Under the pieces are notes generated by a model. It saw only the letters and a list, made by a program, of their open reading frames with translations. It ran no database searches and was not told the DNA's origin. This document shows positions 13,301 through 26,817 of a stretch of DNA of 64,000 nucleotides, piece after piece. The translations under genes and the position numbers were made by a program. Position 1 is the stretch's first letter. Every line of letters begins with the position of its first letter. Origin of the DNA: Laetmonice hystrix (Eukaryota); NCBI GenBank assembly GCA_965235115.1, contig OZ249436.1, positions 25,484,001 to 25,548,000 on the forward strand. The letters are read 5' to 3'.

Positions 13301-16300
13301 GCATTACAGGCCTAATGCGAAGCTCCCAGCCTAAAACGAGTTTCCAATTAATTTAAAGTTAACAAGATGCACTAATAATCGATTCCAAGCCTAATTAGGC
13401 CATTGCTAGTTGGATAACCAAATCTCATACAAAATACACCCTCCCGGCAGATGACCTGAGAATATTCAACTCTTATGTCCGATATATCCCTGTCCGCTTA
13501 GTAGCACCCAGCCGGGCCCCCATTTTGACATTGCAACACCAATACAGCAAGTGCCCAGCTAACAGCATAAATAACAGGATTCAGGGCTTCCTACCACGTT
13601 ACAAGTCACAATAGATTGCTGCCTGTCGTAAAAATATACCAGACCATTTTAAAAAGTCACAGAACCCCAATCCGGCCCTAATATGTCACTCCCAGTACCA
13701 ATACACGCTGGAAGCACCATGAACTGAAATTCAGGCCTAGAACCCACCTCCCTCTACCAATATCATGCACCTAGTCGGTATACGAGGTTGTAATTTACTT
13801 TAATCAACGGGCTGCGCCGCAGCAACCCACTCTGGTTTTTGCAATATTTTTCAATATGCATTAACATTTATGACCAGCTCAATGCGCCTTGTAAAATTTT
13901 TCAAAGTGCGTAAAAGTGTGTGTCCACCCCTACACGCTTTCCAAACCACTATACCCACCGAGCGACATCCACTCAAATACCGGCTTCGACCGATCCTCAC
14001 TGTGCCAATAATCCGCCACAAGGCAAATTCAGTCAATGCAAGCTGGAAAATCGAATGTCAAACCTAATACTCCCCCCCCAGCACATTAACTGAAAATAAT
14101 CAACTAGCTTGAAAACTAGAATATAGCTTTGTTTAGCTAACAATCTACTCTCCCAGCGCCATCAACTCGCATACAGGCGTAAAAGCAAACGCACTGCCCC
14201 ATATAATGCTCCCAGCCTAAAACGATGTTGCAATTAATTTAAAATTAACAAGATGCACTAGTTATCCGATCCAAGCCTAATTACGTCATTGCTAGTTTCA
14301 TAACCAAATCTCACAGAAAATACCCCACCCGGGCACATAACCTGAAAATATTCAACTTTTATCTCCAATGTATCCCTGTGCACCTAGTAGCACCCAAGCG
14401 GGCCCAATTTTGACATTCCAACACAAATACCGCAAATACCCGCCTAATGGCACAAAAAACTTTCTACCCCGTTGCAAGTCACATTAGCTTGCTGCTTGTC
14501 GTAAAAAATGGTGCAGACCATTTCTAAAGTCACAGTACCCCACTCCCGGCCTAATATTACGTTTCAGTATCCATATACGCTGCAAGCGGCAGGAACTCGA
14601 ATACAGGCCTAAAAGTAACCCCAGTCTAGCAATATCATACTCCCATGCAATATACGAGCTTGTAATTATCTTTAATTAATGGGCTCCGCAGCACCAACCC
14701 ACTGCATTAACATTTGTTTAACAGCTTAACGCACCTTGTAAAATTTGTTCAAGTGCGTAAAAATGCGTGTTCACCTCCACATACTTTAAAAATCACTATA
14801 CCCACCCAGCGACATCCACTCTAATACACGCCTAAAAGGAACTTCACTGTCCCATTTGATTCTCCAGCACGTATAGGATGTTTCAAGTAACATTCATCCA
14901 CGGTCTGGCCCAATAACGTGCAACAAGGCATAGTAAGTCAATGTGAGCTCGCATGTCAAACCTAACCCGCCCCCCAGCACATGAGCTGAAAATATTCAAA
15001 TAGCTTGAAAACTAGAATATAGCTTTGCTTAATACCATTATACCATCAACTCGCATTACAGGCCTAATGCGAAGCTCCCAGCCTAAAACGAGTTTCCAAT
15101 TAATTTAAAGTTAACAAGATGCACTAATAATCGATTTCAAGCCTAATTAGGCCATTGCTAGTTGGATAACAAAATCTCATACAAAATACACCCTCCCGGC
15201 AGATGACCTGAGAATATTCAACTCTTATGTCCGATATATCCCTGTCCGCTTAGTAGCACCCAGCCGGGCCCCCATTTTGACATTGCAACACTAATACAGC
15301 AAGTGCCCAGCTAACAGCACAAATAACAGGATTCAGGGCTTCCTACCACGTTACAAGTCACAATAGATTGCTGCCTGTCGTAAAAATATACCAGACCATT
15401 TTAAAAAGTCACAGAACCCCAATCCGGCCCTAGTATGTCACTCCCAGTACGAATAGACGCTGGAAGCACCATCAACTGAAATTCAGGCCTAGAACCCACC
15501 TCTCTCTACCAATATCATGCACCTAGTCCGTATACGAGGTTGTAATTTACTTTAATCAACGGGCTGCGCCGCAGCAACCCACTCTGGTCTTTGCAATCTT
15601 TTTCAATATGCGTTAACATTTGTGACCAGCTCAACGCGCCTTGTAAAATTTTTCAAAGTGCGTAAAAGTGTGTGTCCACCCCGACACGCTTTCCAAACCA
15701 CTATACCCACCGAGCGACATCCACTCAAATACAGGCTTCGACCGATCCTCACTGTGCCAATAATCCGCCACAAGGCAAATTCAGTCAATGCAAGCTGGAA
15801 AATCGAATGTCAAACCTAATGCTCCCCCCCCAGCACGTTAACTGAAAATAATCAACTAGCTTGAAAACTAGAATATAGCTTTGTTTAGCTAACAATCTAC
15901 TCTCCCAGCGCCATCAACTCGCATACAGGCGTAAAAGCAAACGCACTGCCCCATATAATGCTCCCAGCCTAAAACGATGTTGCAATTAATTTAAAATTAA
16001 CAAGATGCACTAGTTATCCGATCCAAGCCTAATTACGTCATTGCTAGTTTCATAACCAAATCTCACAGAAAATACCCCACCCGGGCACATAACCAGAAAA
16101 TATTCAACTTTTATCTCCAATGTATCCCTGTGCACCTAGTAGCACCCAAGCGGGCCCAATTTTGACATTCCAACACAAATACCGCAAATACCCGCCTAAT
16201 GGCACAAAAAACTTTCTACCCCGTTGCAAGTCACATTAGCTTGCTGCTTGTCGTAAAAAATGGTGCAGACCATTTCTAAAGTCACAGTACCCCACTCCCG

Positions 16301-19300
16301 GCCTAATATTACGTTTCAGTATCCATATACGCTGCAAGCGGCAGGAACTCGAATACAGGCCTAAAAGTAACCCCAGTCTAGCAATATCATACTCCCATGC
16401 AATATACGAGCTTGTAATTATCTTTAATTAATGGGCTCCGCAGCACCAACCCACTGCATTAACATTTGTTTAACAGCTTAACGCACCTTGTAAAATTTGT
16501 TCAAGTGCGTAAAAATTCGTGTTCACCTCCACATACTTTAAAAATCACTATACCCACCCAGCGACATCCACTCTAATACACGCCTAAAAGGAACTTCACT
16601 GTCCCATTTGATTCTCCAGCACGTATAGGATGTTTCAAGTAACATTCATCCACGGTCTGGCCCAATAACGTGCAACAAGGCATAGTAAGTCAATGTGAGC
16701 TCGCATGTCAAACCTAACCCGCCCCCCAGCACATGAGCTGAAAATATTCAAATAGCTTGAAAACTAGAATATAGCTTTGCTTAATACCATTATACCATCA
16801 ACTCGCATTACAGGCCTAATGCGAAGCTCCCAGCCTAAAACGAGTTTCCAATTAATTTAAAGTTAACAAGATGCACTAATAATCGATTCCAAGCCTAATT
16901 AGGCCATTGCTAGTTGGATAACCAAATCTCATACAAAATACACCCTCCCGGCAGATGACCTGAGAATATTCAACTCTTATGTCCGATATATCCCTGTCCG
17001 CTTAGTAGCACCCAGCCGGGCCCCCATTTTGACATTGCAACACCAATACAGCAAGTGCCCAGCTAACAGCACAAATAACAGGATTCCGGGCTTCCTACCA
17101 CGTTACAAGTCACAATAGATTGCTGCCTGTCGTAAAAATATACCAGACCATTTTAAAAAGTCACAGAACCCCAATCCGGCCCTAATATGTCACTCCCAGT
17201 ACCAATACACGCTGGAAGCACCATCAACTGAAATTCAGGCCTAGAACCCACCTCTCTCTACCAATATCATGCACCTAGTCCGTATACGAGGTTGTAATTT
17301 ACTTTAATCAACGGGCTGCGCCGCAGCAACCCACTCTGGTCTTTGCAATCTTTTTCAATATGCGTTAACATTTGTGACCAGCTCAACGCGCCTTGTAAAA
17401 TTTTTCAAAGTGCGTAAAAGTGTGTGTCTACCCCGACACGCTTTCCAAACCACTATACCCACCGAGCGACATCCACTCAAATACAGGCTTCGACCGATCC
17501 TCACTGTGCCAATAATCCGCCACAAGGCAAATTCAGTCAATGCAAGCTGGAAAATCGAATGTCAAACCTAATGCTCCCCCCCCAGCACGTTAACTGAAAA
17601 TAATCAACTAGCTTGAAAACTAGAATATAGCTTTGTTTAGCTAACAATCTACTCTCCCAGCGCCATCAACTCGCATACAGGCGTAAAAGGAAACGCACTG
17701 CCCCATATAATGCTCCCAGCCTAAAGCGATGTTGCAATTAATTTAAAATTAACAAGATGCACTAGTAATCCGATCCAAGCCTAATTACGTCATTGCTAGT
17801 TTCATAACCAAATCTCACAGAAAATACCCCACCCGGGCACATAACCTGGAAATATTTAACTTTTATCTCCAATGTATCCCTGTGCACCTAGTAGCACCCA
17901 AGCGGGCCCAATTTTGACATTCCAACACAAATACCGCAAATACCCGCCTAATGGCACAAAAAACTTTCTACCCCGTTGCAAGTCACATTAGCTTGCTGCT
18001 TGTCGTAAAAAATGGTGCAGACCATTTCTAAAGTCACAGTACCCCACTCCCGGCCTAATATTACGTTTGAGTATCCATATACGCTGCAAGCGGCAGGAAC
18101 TCGAATACAGGCCTAAAAGTAACCCCAGTCTAGCAATATCATACTCCCATGCCATATACGAGCTTGTAATTATCTTTAATTAATGGGCTCCGCAGCACCA
18201 ACCCACTGCATTAACATTTGTTTAACAGCTTAACGCACCTTGTAAAATTTTTTCAAGTGCGTAAAAATGCGTGTCCACCTCCACATACTTTAAAAATCAC
18301 TATACCCACCCAGCGACATCCACTCTAATACACGCCTAAAAGGAACTTCACTGTCCCATTTGATTCTCCAGCACGTATAGGATGTTTCAAGTAACATTCA
18401 TCCACGGTCTGGCCCAATAACGTGCAACAAGGCATAGTAAGTCAATGCGAGCTCGCATGTCAAACCTAACCCGCCCCCCAGCACATGAGCTGAAAATATT
18501 CAAATAGCTTGAAAACTAGAATATAGCTTTGCTTAATACCATTATACCATCAACTCGCATTACAGGCCTAATGCGAAGCTCCCAGCCTAAAACGAGTTTC
18601 CAATTAATTTAAAGTTAACAAGATGCACTAATAATCGATTCCAAGCCTAATTAGGCCATTGCTAGTTGGATAACCAAATCTCATACAAAATACACCCTCC
18701 CGGCAGATGACCTGAGAATATTCAACTCTTATGTCCGATATATCCCTGTCCGCTTAGTAGCACCCAGCCGGGCCCCCATTTTGACATTGCAACACCAATA
18801 CAGCAAGTGCCCAGCTAACAGCACAAATAACAGGATTCAGGGCTTCCTACCACGTTACAAGTCACAATAGATTGCTGCCTGTCGTAAAAATATACCAGAC
18901 CATTTTAAAAAGTCACAGAACCCCAATCCGGCCCTAATATGTCACTCCCAGTACCAATAGACGCTGGAAGCACCATCAACTGAAATTCAGGCCTAGAACC
19001 CACCTCTCTCTACCAATATCATGCACCTAGTCCGTATACGAGGTTGTAATTTACTTTAATCAACGGGCTGCGCCGCAGCAACCCACTCTGGTCTTTGCAA
19101 TCTTTTTCAATATGCGTTAACATTTGTGACCAGCTCAACGCGCCTTGTAAAATTTTTCAAAGTGCGTAAAAGTGTGTGTCCACCCCGACACGCTTTCCAA
19201 ACCACTATACCCACCGAGCGACATCCACTCAAATACAGGCTTCGACCGATCCTCACTGTGCCAATAATCCGCCACAAGGCAAATTCAGTCAATGCAAGCT

Positions 19301-22300
19301 GGAAAATCGAATGTCAAACTTAATGCTCCCCCCCCCAGCACGTTAACTGAAAATAATCAACTAGCTTGAAAACTAGAATATAGCTTTGTTTAGCTAACAA
19401 TCTACTCTCCCAGCGCCATCAACTCGCATACAGGCGTAAAAGCAAACGCACTGCCCCATATAATGCTCCCAGCCTAAAGCGATGTTGCAATTAATTTAAA
19501 ATTAACAAGATGCACTAGTAATCCGATCCAAGCCTAATTACGTCATTGCTAGTTTCATAACCAAATCTCACAGAAAATACCCCACCCGGGCACATAACCT
19601 GAAAATATTCAACTTTTATCTCCAATGTATCCCTGTGCACCTAGAAGCACCCAAGCGGGCCCAATTTTGACATTCCAACACAAATACCGCAAATAGCCGC
19701 CTAATGGCACAAAAAACTTTCTACCCCGTTGCAAGTCACATTAGCTTGCTGCTTGTCGTAAAAAATGGTGCAGACCATTTCTAAAGTCACAGTACCCCAC
19801 TTCCGGCCTAATATTACGTTTCAGTATCCATATACGCTGCAAGCGGCAGGAACTCGAATACAGGCCTAAAAGTAACCCCAGTCTAGCAATATCATACTCC
19901 CATGCCATATACGAGCTTGTAATTATCTTTAATTAATGGGCTCCGCAGCACCAACCCACTGCATTAACATTTGTTTAACAGCTTAACGCACCCTGTAAAA
20001 TTTGTTCAAGTGCGTAAAAATGCGTGTCCACCTCCACATACTTTAAAAATCACTATACCCACCCAGCGACATCCACTCTAATACACGCCTAAAAGGAACT
20101 TCACTGTCCCATTTGATTCTCCAGCACGTATAGGATGTTTCAAGTAACATTCATCCACGGTCTGGCCCAATAACGTGCAACAAGGCATAGTAAGTCAATG
20201 CGAGCTCGCATGTCAAACCTAACCCGCCCCCCAGCACATGAGCTGAAAATATTCAAATAGCTTGAAAACTAGAATATAGCTTTGCTTAATACCATTATAC
20301 CATCAACTCGCATTACAGGCCTAATGCGAAGCTCCCAGCCTAAAACGAGTTTCCAATTAATTTAAAGTTAACAAGATGCACTAATAATCGATTCCAAGCC
20401 TAATTAGGCCATTGCTAGTTGGATAACCAAATCTCATACAAAATACACCCTCCCGGCAGATGACCTGAGAATATTCAACTCTTATGTCCGATATATCCCT
20501 GTCCGCTTAGTAGCACCCAGCCGGGCCCCCATTTTGACATTGCAACACCAATACAGCAAGTGCCCAGCTAACAGCACAAATAACAGGATTCAGGGCTTCC
20601 TACCACGTTACAAGTCACAATAGATTGCTGCCTGTCGTAAAAATATACCAGACCATTTTAAAAAGTCACAGAACCCCAATCCGGCCCTAGTATGTCACTC
20701 CCAGTACCAATAGACGCTGGAAGCACCATCAACTGAAATTCAGGCCTAGAACCCACCTCTCTCTACCAATATCATGCACCTAGTCCGTATACGAGGTTGT
20801 AATTTACTTTAATCAACGGGCTGCGCCGCAGCAACCCACTCTGGTCTTTGCAATCTTTTTCAATATGCGTTAACATTTGTGACCAGCTCAACGCGCCTTG
20901 TAAAATTTTTCAAAGTGCGTAAAAGTGTGTGTCCACCCCGACACGCTTTCCAAACCACTATACCCACCGAGCGACATCCACTCAAATACAGGCTTCGACC
21001 GATCCTCACTGTGCCAATAATCCGCCACAAGGCAAATTCAGTCAATGCAAGCTGGAAAATCGAATGTCAAACCTAATGCTCCCCCCCCAGCACGTTAACT
21101 GAAAATAATCAACTAGCTTGAAAACTAGAATATAGCTTTGTTTAGCTAACAATCTACTCTCCCAGCGCCATCAACTCGCATACAGGCGTAAAAGCAAACG
21201 CACTGCCCCATATAATGCTCCCAGCCTAAAACGATGTTGCAATTAATTTAAAATTAACAAGATGCACTAGTCATCCGATCCAAGCCTAATTACGTCATTG
21301 CTAGTTTCATAACCAAATCTCACAGAAAATACCCCACCCGGGCACATAACCTGAAAATATTCAACTTTTATCTCCAATGTATCCCTGTGCACCTAGTAGC
21401 ACCCAAGCGGGCCCAATTTTGACATTCCAACACAAATACCGCAAATACCCGCCTAATGGCACAAAAAACTTTCTACCCCGTTGCAAGTCACATTAGCTTG
21501 CTGCTTGTCGTAAAAAATGGTGCAGACCATTTCTAAAGTCACAGTACCCCACTCCCGGCCTAATATTACGTTTGAGTATCCATATACGCTGCAAGCGGCA
21601 GGAACTCGAATACAGGCCTAAAAGTAACCCCAGTCTAGCAATATCATACTCCCATGCCATATACGAGCTTGTAATTATCTTTAATTAATGGGCTCCGCAG
21701 CACCAACCCACTGCATTAACATTTGTTTAACAGCTTAACGCACCTTGTAAAATTTGTTCAAGTGCGTAAAAATGCGTGTCCACCTCCACATACTTTAAAA
21801 ATCACTATACCCACCCAGCGACATCCACTCTAATACACGCCTAAAAGGAACTTCACTGTCCCATTTGATTCTCCAGCACGTATAGGATGTTTCAAGTAAC
21901 ATTCATCCACGGTCTGGCCCAATAACGTGCAACAAGGCATAGTAAGTCAATGCGAGCTCGCATGTCAAACCTAACCCGCCCCCCAGCACATGAGCTGAAA
22001 ATATTCAAATAGCTTGAAAACTAGAATATAGCTTTGCTTAATACCATTATACCATCAACTCGCATTACAGGCCTAATGCGAAGCTCCCAGCCTAAAACGA
22101 GTTTCCAATTAATTTAAAGTTAACAAGATGCACTAATAATCGATTCCAAGCCTAATTAGGCCATTGCTAGTTGGATAACCAAATCTCATACAAAATACAC
22201 CCTCCCGGCAGATGACCTGAGAATATTCAACTCTTATGTCCGATATATCCCTGTCCGCTTAGTAGCACCCAGCCGGGCCCCCATTTTGACATTGCAACAC

Positions 22301-25300
22301 CAATACAGCAAGTGCCCAGCTAACAGCACAAATAACAGGATTCAGGGCTTCCTACCACGTTACAAGTCACAATAGATTGCTGCCTGTCGTAAAAATATAC
22401 CAGACCATTTTAAAAAGTCACAGAACCCCAATCCGGCCCTAGTATGTCACTCCCAGTACCAATAGACGCTGGAAGCACCATCAACTGAAATTCAGGCCTA
22501 GAACCCACCTCTCTCTACCAATATCATGCACCTAGTCCGTATACGAGGTTGTAATTTACTTTAATCAACGGGCTGCGCCGCAGCAACCCACTCTGGTCTT
22601 TGCAATCTTTTTCAATATGCGTTAACATTTGTGACCAGCTCAACGCGCCTTGTAAAATTTTTCAAAGTGCGTAAAAGTGTGTGTCCACCCCGACACGCTT
22701 TCCAAACCACTATACCCACCGAGCGACATCCACTCAAATACAGGCTTCGACCGATCCTCACTGTGCCAATAATCCGCCACAAGGCAAATTCAGTCAATGC
22801 AAGCTGGAAAATCGAATGTCAAACCTAATGCTCCCCCCCCCCAGCACGTTAACTGAAAATAATCAACTAGCTTGAAAACTAGAATATAGCTTTGTTTAGC
22901 TAACAATCTACTCTCCCAGCGCCATCAACTCGCATACAGGCGTAAAAGCAAACGCACTGCCCCATATAATGCTCCCAGCCTAAAACGATGTTGCAATTAA
23001 TTTAAAATTAACAAGATGCACTAGTCATCCGATCCAAGCCTAATTACGTCATTGCTAGTTTCATAACCAAATCTCACAGAAAATACCCCACCCGGGCACA
23101 TAACCTGAAAATATTCAACTTTTATCTCCAATGTATCCCTGTGCACCTAGTAGCACCCAAGCGGGCCCAATTTTGACATTCCAACACAAATACCGCAAAT
23201 ACCCGCCTAATGGCACAAAAAACTTTCTACCCCGTTGCAAGTCACATTAGCTTGCTGCTTGTCGTAAAAAATGGTGCAGACCATTTCTAAAGTCACAGTA
23301 CCCCACTCCCGGCCTAATATTACGTTTGAGTATCCATATACGCTGCAAGCGGCAGGAACTCGAATACAGGCCTAAAAGTAACCCCAGTCTAGCAATATCA
23401 TACTCCCATGCCATATACGAGCTTGTAATTATCTTTAATTAATGGGCTCCGCAGCACCAACCCACTGCATTAACATTTGTTTAACAGCTTAACGCACCTT
23501 GTAAAATTTTTTCAAGTGCGTAAAAATGCGTGTCCACCTCCACATACTTTAAAAATCACTATACCCACCCAGCGACATCCACTCTAATACACGCCTAAAA
23601 GGAACTTCACTGTCCCATTTGATTCTCCAGCACGTATAGGATGTTTCAAGTAACATTCATCCACGGTCTGGCCCAATAACGTGCAACAAGGCATAGTAAG
23701 TCAATGCGAGCTCGCATGTCAAACCTAACCCGCCCCCCAGCACATGAGCTGAAAATATTCAAATAGCTTGAAAACTAGAATATAGCTTTGCTTAATACCA
23801 TTATACCATCAACTCGCATTACAGGCCTAATGCGAAGCTCCCAGCCTAAAACGAGTTTCCAATTAATTTAAAGTTAACAAGATGCACTAATAATCGATTC
23901 CAAGCCTAATTAGGCCATTGCTAGTTGGATAACCAAATCTCATACAAAATACACCCTCCCGGCAGATGACCTGAGAATATTCAACTCTTATGTCCGATAT
24001 ATCCCTGTCCGCTTAGTAGCACCCAGCCGGGCCCCCATTTTGACATTGCAACACCAATACAGCAAGTGCCCAGCTAACAGCACAAATAACAGGATTCAGG
24101 GCTTCCTACCACGTTACAAGTCACAATAGATTGCTGCCTGTCGTAAAAATATACCAGACCATTTTAAAAAGTCACAGAACCCCAATCCGGCCCTAATATG
24201 TCACTCCCAGTACCAATAGACGCTGGAAGCACCATCAACTGAAATTCAGGCCTAGAACCCACCTCTCTCTACCAATATCATGCACCTAGTCCGTATACGA
24301 GGTTGTAATTTACTTTAATCAACGGGCTGCGCCGCAGCAACCCACTCTGGTCTTTGCAATCTTTTTCAATATGCGTTAACATTTGTGACCAGCTCAACGC
24401 GCCTTGTAAAATTTTTCAAAGTGCGTAAAAGTGTGTGTCCACCCCGACACGCTTTCCAAACCACTATACCCACCGAGCGACATCCACTCAAATACAGGCT
24501 TCGACCGATCCTCACTGTGCCAATAATCCGCCACAAGGCAAATTCAGTCAATGCAAGCTGGAAAATCGAATGTCACACCTAATGCTTCCCCCCCCCAGCA
24601 CGTTAACTGAAAATAATCAACTAGCTTGAAAACTAGAATATAGCTTTGTTTAGCTAACAATCTACTCTCCCAGCGCCATCAACTCGCATACAGGCGTAAA
24701 AGCAAACGCACTGCCCCATATAATGCTCCCAGCCTAAAACGATGTTGCAATTAATTTAAAATTAACAAGATGCACTAGTCATCCGATCCAAGCCTAATTA
24801 CGTCATTGCTAGTTTCATAACCAAATCTCACAGAAAATACCCCACCCGGGCACATAACCTGAAAATATTCAACTTTTATCTCCAATGTATCCCTGTGCAC
24901 CTAGTAGCACCCAAGCGAGCCCAATTTTGACATTCCAACACAAATGCCGCAAATACCCGCCTAATGGCACAAAAAACTTTCTACCCCGTTGCAAGTCACA
25001 TTAGCTTGCTGCTTGTCGTAAAAAATGGTGCAGACCATTTCTAAAGTCACAGTACCCCACTCCCGGCCTAATATTACGTTTGAGTATCCATATACGCTGC
25101 AAGCGGCAGGAACTCGAATACAGGCCTAAAAGTAACCCCAGTCTAGCAATATCATACTCCCATGCCATATACGAGCTTGTAATTATCTTTAATTAATGGG
25201 CTCCGCAGCACCAACCCACTGCATTAACATTTGTTTAACAGCTTAACGCACCTTGTAAAATTTTTTCAAGTGCGTAAAAATGCGTGTACACCTCCACATA

Positions 25301-25549
25301 CTTTAAAAATCACTATACCCACCCAGCGACATCCACTCTAATACACGCCTAAAAGGAACTTCACTGTCCCATTTGATTCTCCAGCCCGTATAGGATGTTT
25401 CAAGTAACATTCATCCACGGTCTGGCCCAATAACGTGCAACAAGGCATAGTAAGTCAATGCGAGCTCGCATGTCAAACCTAACCCGCCCCCCAGCACATG
25501 AGCTGAAAATATTCAAATAGCTTGAAAACTAGAATATAGCTTTGCTTAA
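10369..25549. repeat. 1.75-kb macrosatellite array (~8.7 units)
   Basis: ORF-track landmarks recur at 12118, 13870, 15622, 17374, 19126, 20879, 22631 and 24385 (period 1752-1754). Confidence 0.98.
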
Positions 25550-26817
25550 AGGAGACATCTAAGAGTTTTCCGACTTGGTAAGGTGCCAACTTTTAATGAG
25601 CTGAGTCACGTGACCGCCGTGACGTAATTTACGCAACCCACTGTAGCTTCTAGGCCGTGCTAAGCCTATAGTAGACAGGCTAGACACGACCGTGAAGAGA
25701 AGTTTGACATGTTTAACGTGTCTGAAGACAGCAACAACCCTGTCAAGCCTACTTGTTCGAGAGAGTAAATAAAAATGGAGCACGAGGAGTAAGTTTGACA
25801 GAGCCAGAGGTGTTTGAAAGCTCTTCCGACGGACGTACATTTGAGTAGGCGAGCGCCGAAAGCGAGAGCCTTTATACAGTGGCAGGGGTGGGGTGGGGGG
25901 TCCAAGCGGTCTTCCCCAGAAATATTTGCAATACAATTTTCAGTAGAAATCGATCGCCCGTAATCCCTTGACATTTCCACCAGAATACGGCACGAGATAC
26001 AGGATCAGGGCTGTCAGGACCTAGAATGAAAGCCCGCTATTGGGCTACTAACTCGCCCGGGCCATCGGGCCCTCGACGCCGGGAAGCTGAGATTGTCAGT
26101 GCCGTGCCCTGCGGGCGGCGAAGGGAACCGGCGGAGATGTCTGGGTACGTACCTTCCAGCATAGGCGTACGGTACTTCTTAGTTGACAATCTAAATACTG
26201 GAAATAGTATTTAAACGTTCTACAATTTACACATTTTAAGAAACTGTGTATTGGGATTGCGGAATTCCCACTCTGGGATGATCAACGGAACCATGTCTAC
26301 TACTGTCACCGGTCGGTCGGGAGTCGGGACCCGTGCTGATTGACGCTCACACGCAGTGTGGTGGAAACTCATCCCACACGGTTTTTGGCTTGTGTTGAGC
26401 ATCCATAAACAACACAGCATACCATATCCCTGCCTGCTACCACAGACTATAACTTAGTCAGGGCCAATGAGATAGATATAGCGTCTAGAGCTCTATTCAT
26501 CTCGTTGGTCTGTGCTGTAAACAATGCAGCTGAAGCTGCGGAACCAAAGTGAGGTTGCGTATATGACGTCACATTACAGAATTCCGACAGCGGCCTTTAG
26601 AAATATGCATATGGCAAGCGACTGTTGAGGCGTGTATTATTTGTTAAAAAATAGCATTCACACACGAAATTTAACATGTTTATGATATGGTTGTGGTTGC
26701 ACATGGACCTAAGGAAGGCGTCTAGACACTTTTGGCCAAGATTTAGGTTAGTATTCGCTTAGTATTTGTTAGTCACAAAACGGGGTCAAAACGCGTCAAA
26801 ACTCTTAGATGTCTCCT
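25550..26817. mobile_element. Non-autonomous Kolobok-type DNA transposon (1268 bp)
   Basis: TTAA TSD at 25546-25549 and 26818-26821 (single TTAA in empty units). Perfect 20-bp TIR aggagacatctaagagtttt / aaaactcttagatgtctcct. 5'-AG (RR) terminus fits Kolobok rather than piggyBac (5'-YY). THAP-start relic inside. Confidence 0.8.
26361..26425 (-). pseudogene. Frameshifted relic of a THAP zinc-finger N-terminus (probable Kolobok transposase start)
   Basis: Minus strand reads ATG GTA TGC TGT GTT GTT TAT GGA TGC TCA (MVCCVVYGCS...), then after a frameshift GMSFH. This matches the THAP start M-x-x-C-x-V-x-G-C...G-x-S-F-H. Confidence 0.6.

Noticed and set aside
10369..25549. Tandem RNA-gene cluster (5S, snRNA, tRNA) or histone cluster as explanation for the 1.75-kb unit
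   Set aside because: I recognised no 5S, U-snRNA, tRNA or histone signature; an Infernal/Rfam scan would be needed to exclude it fully.
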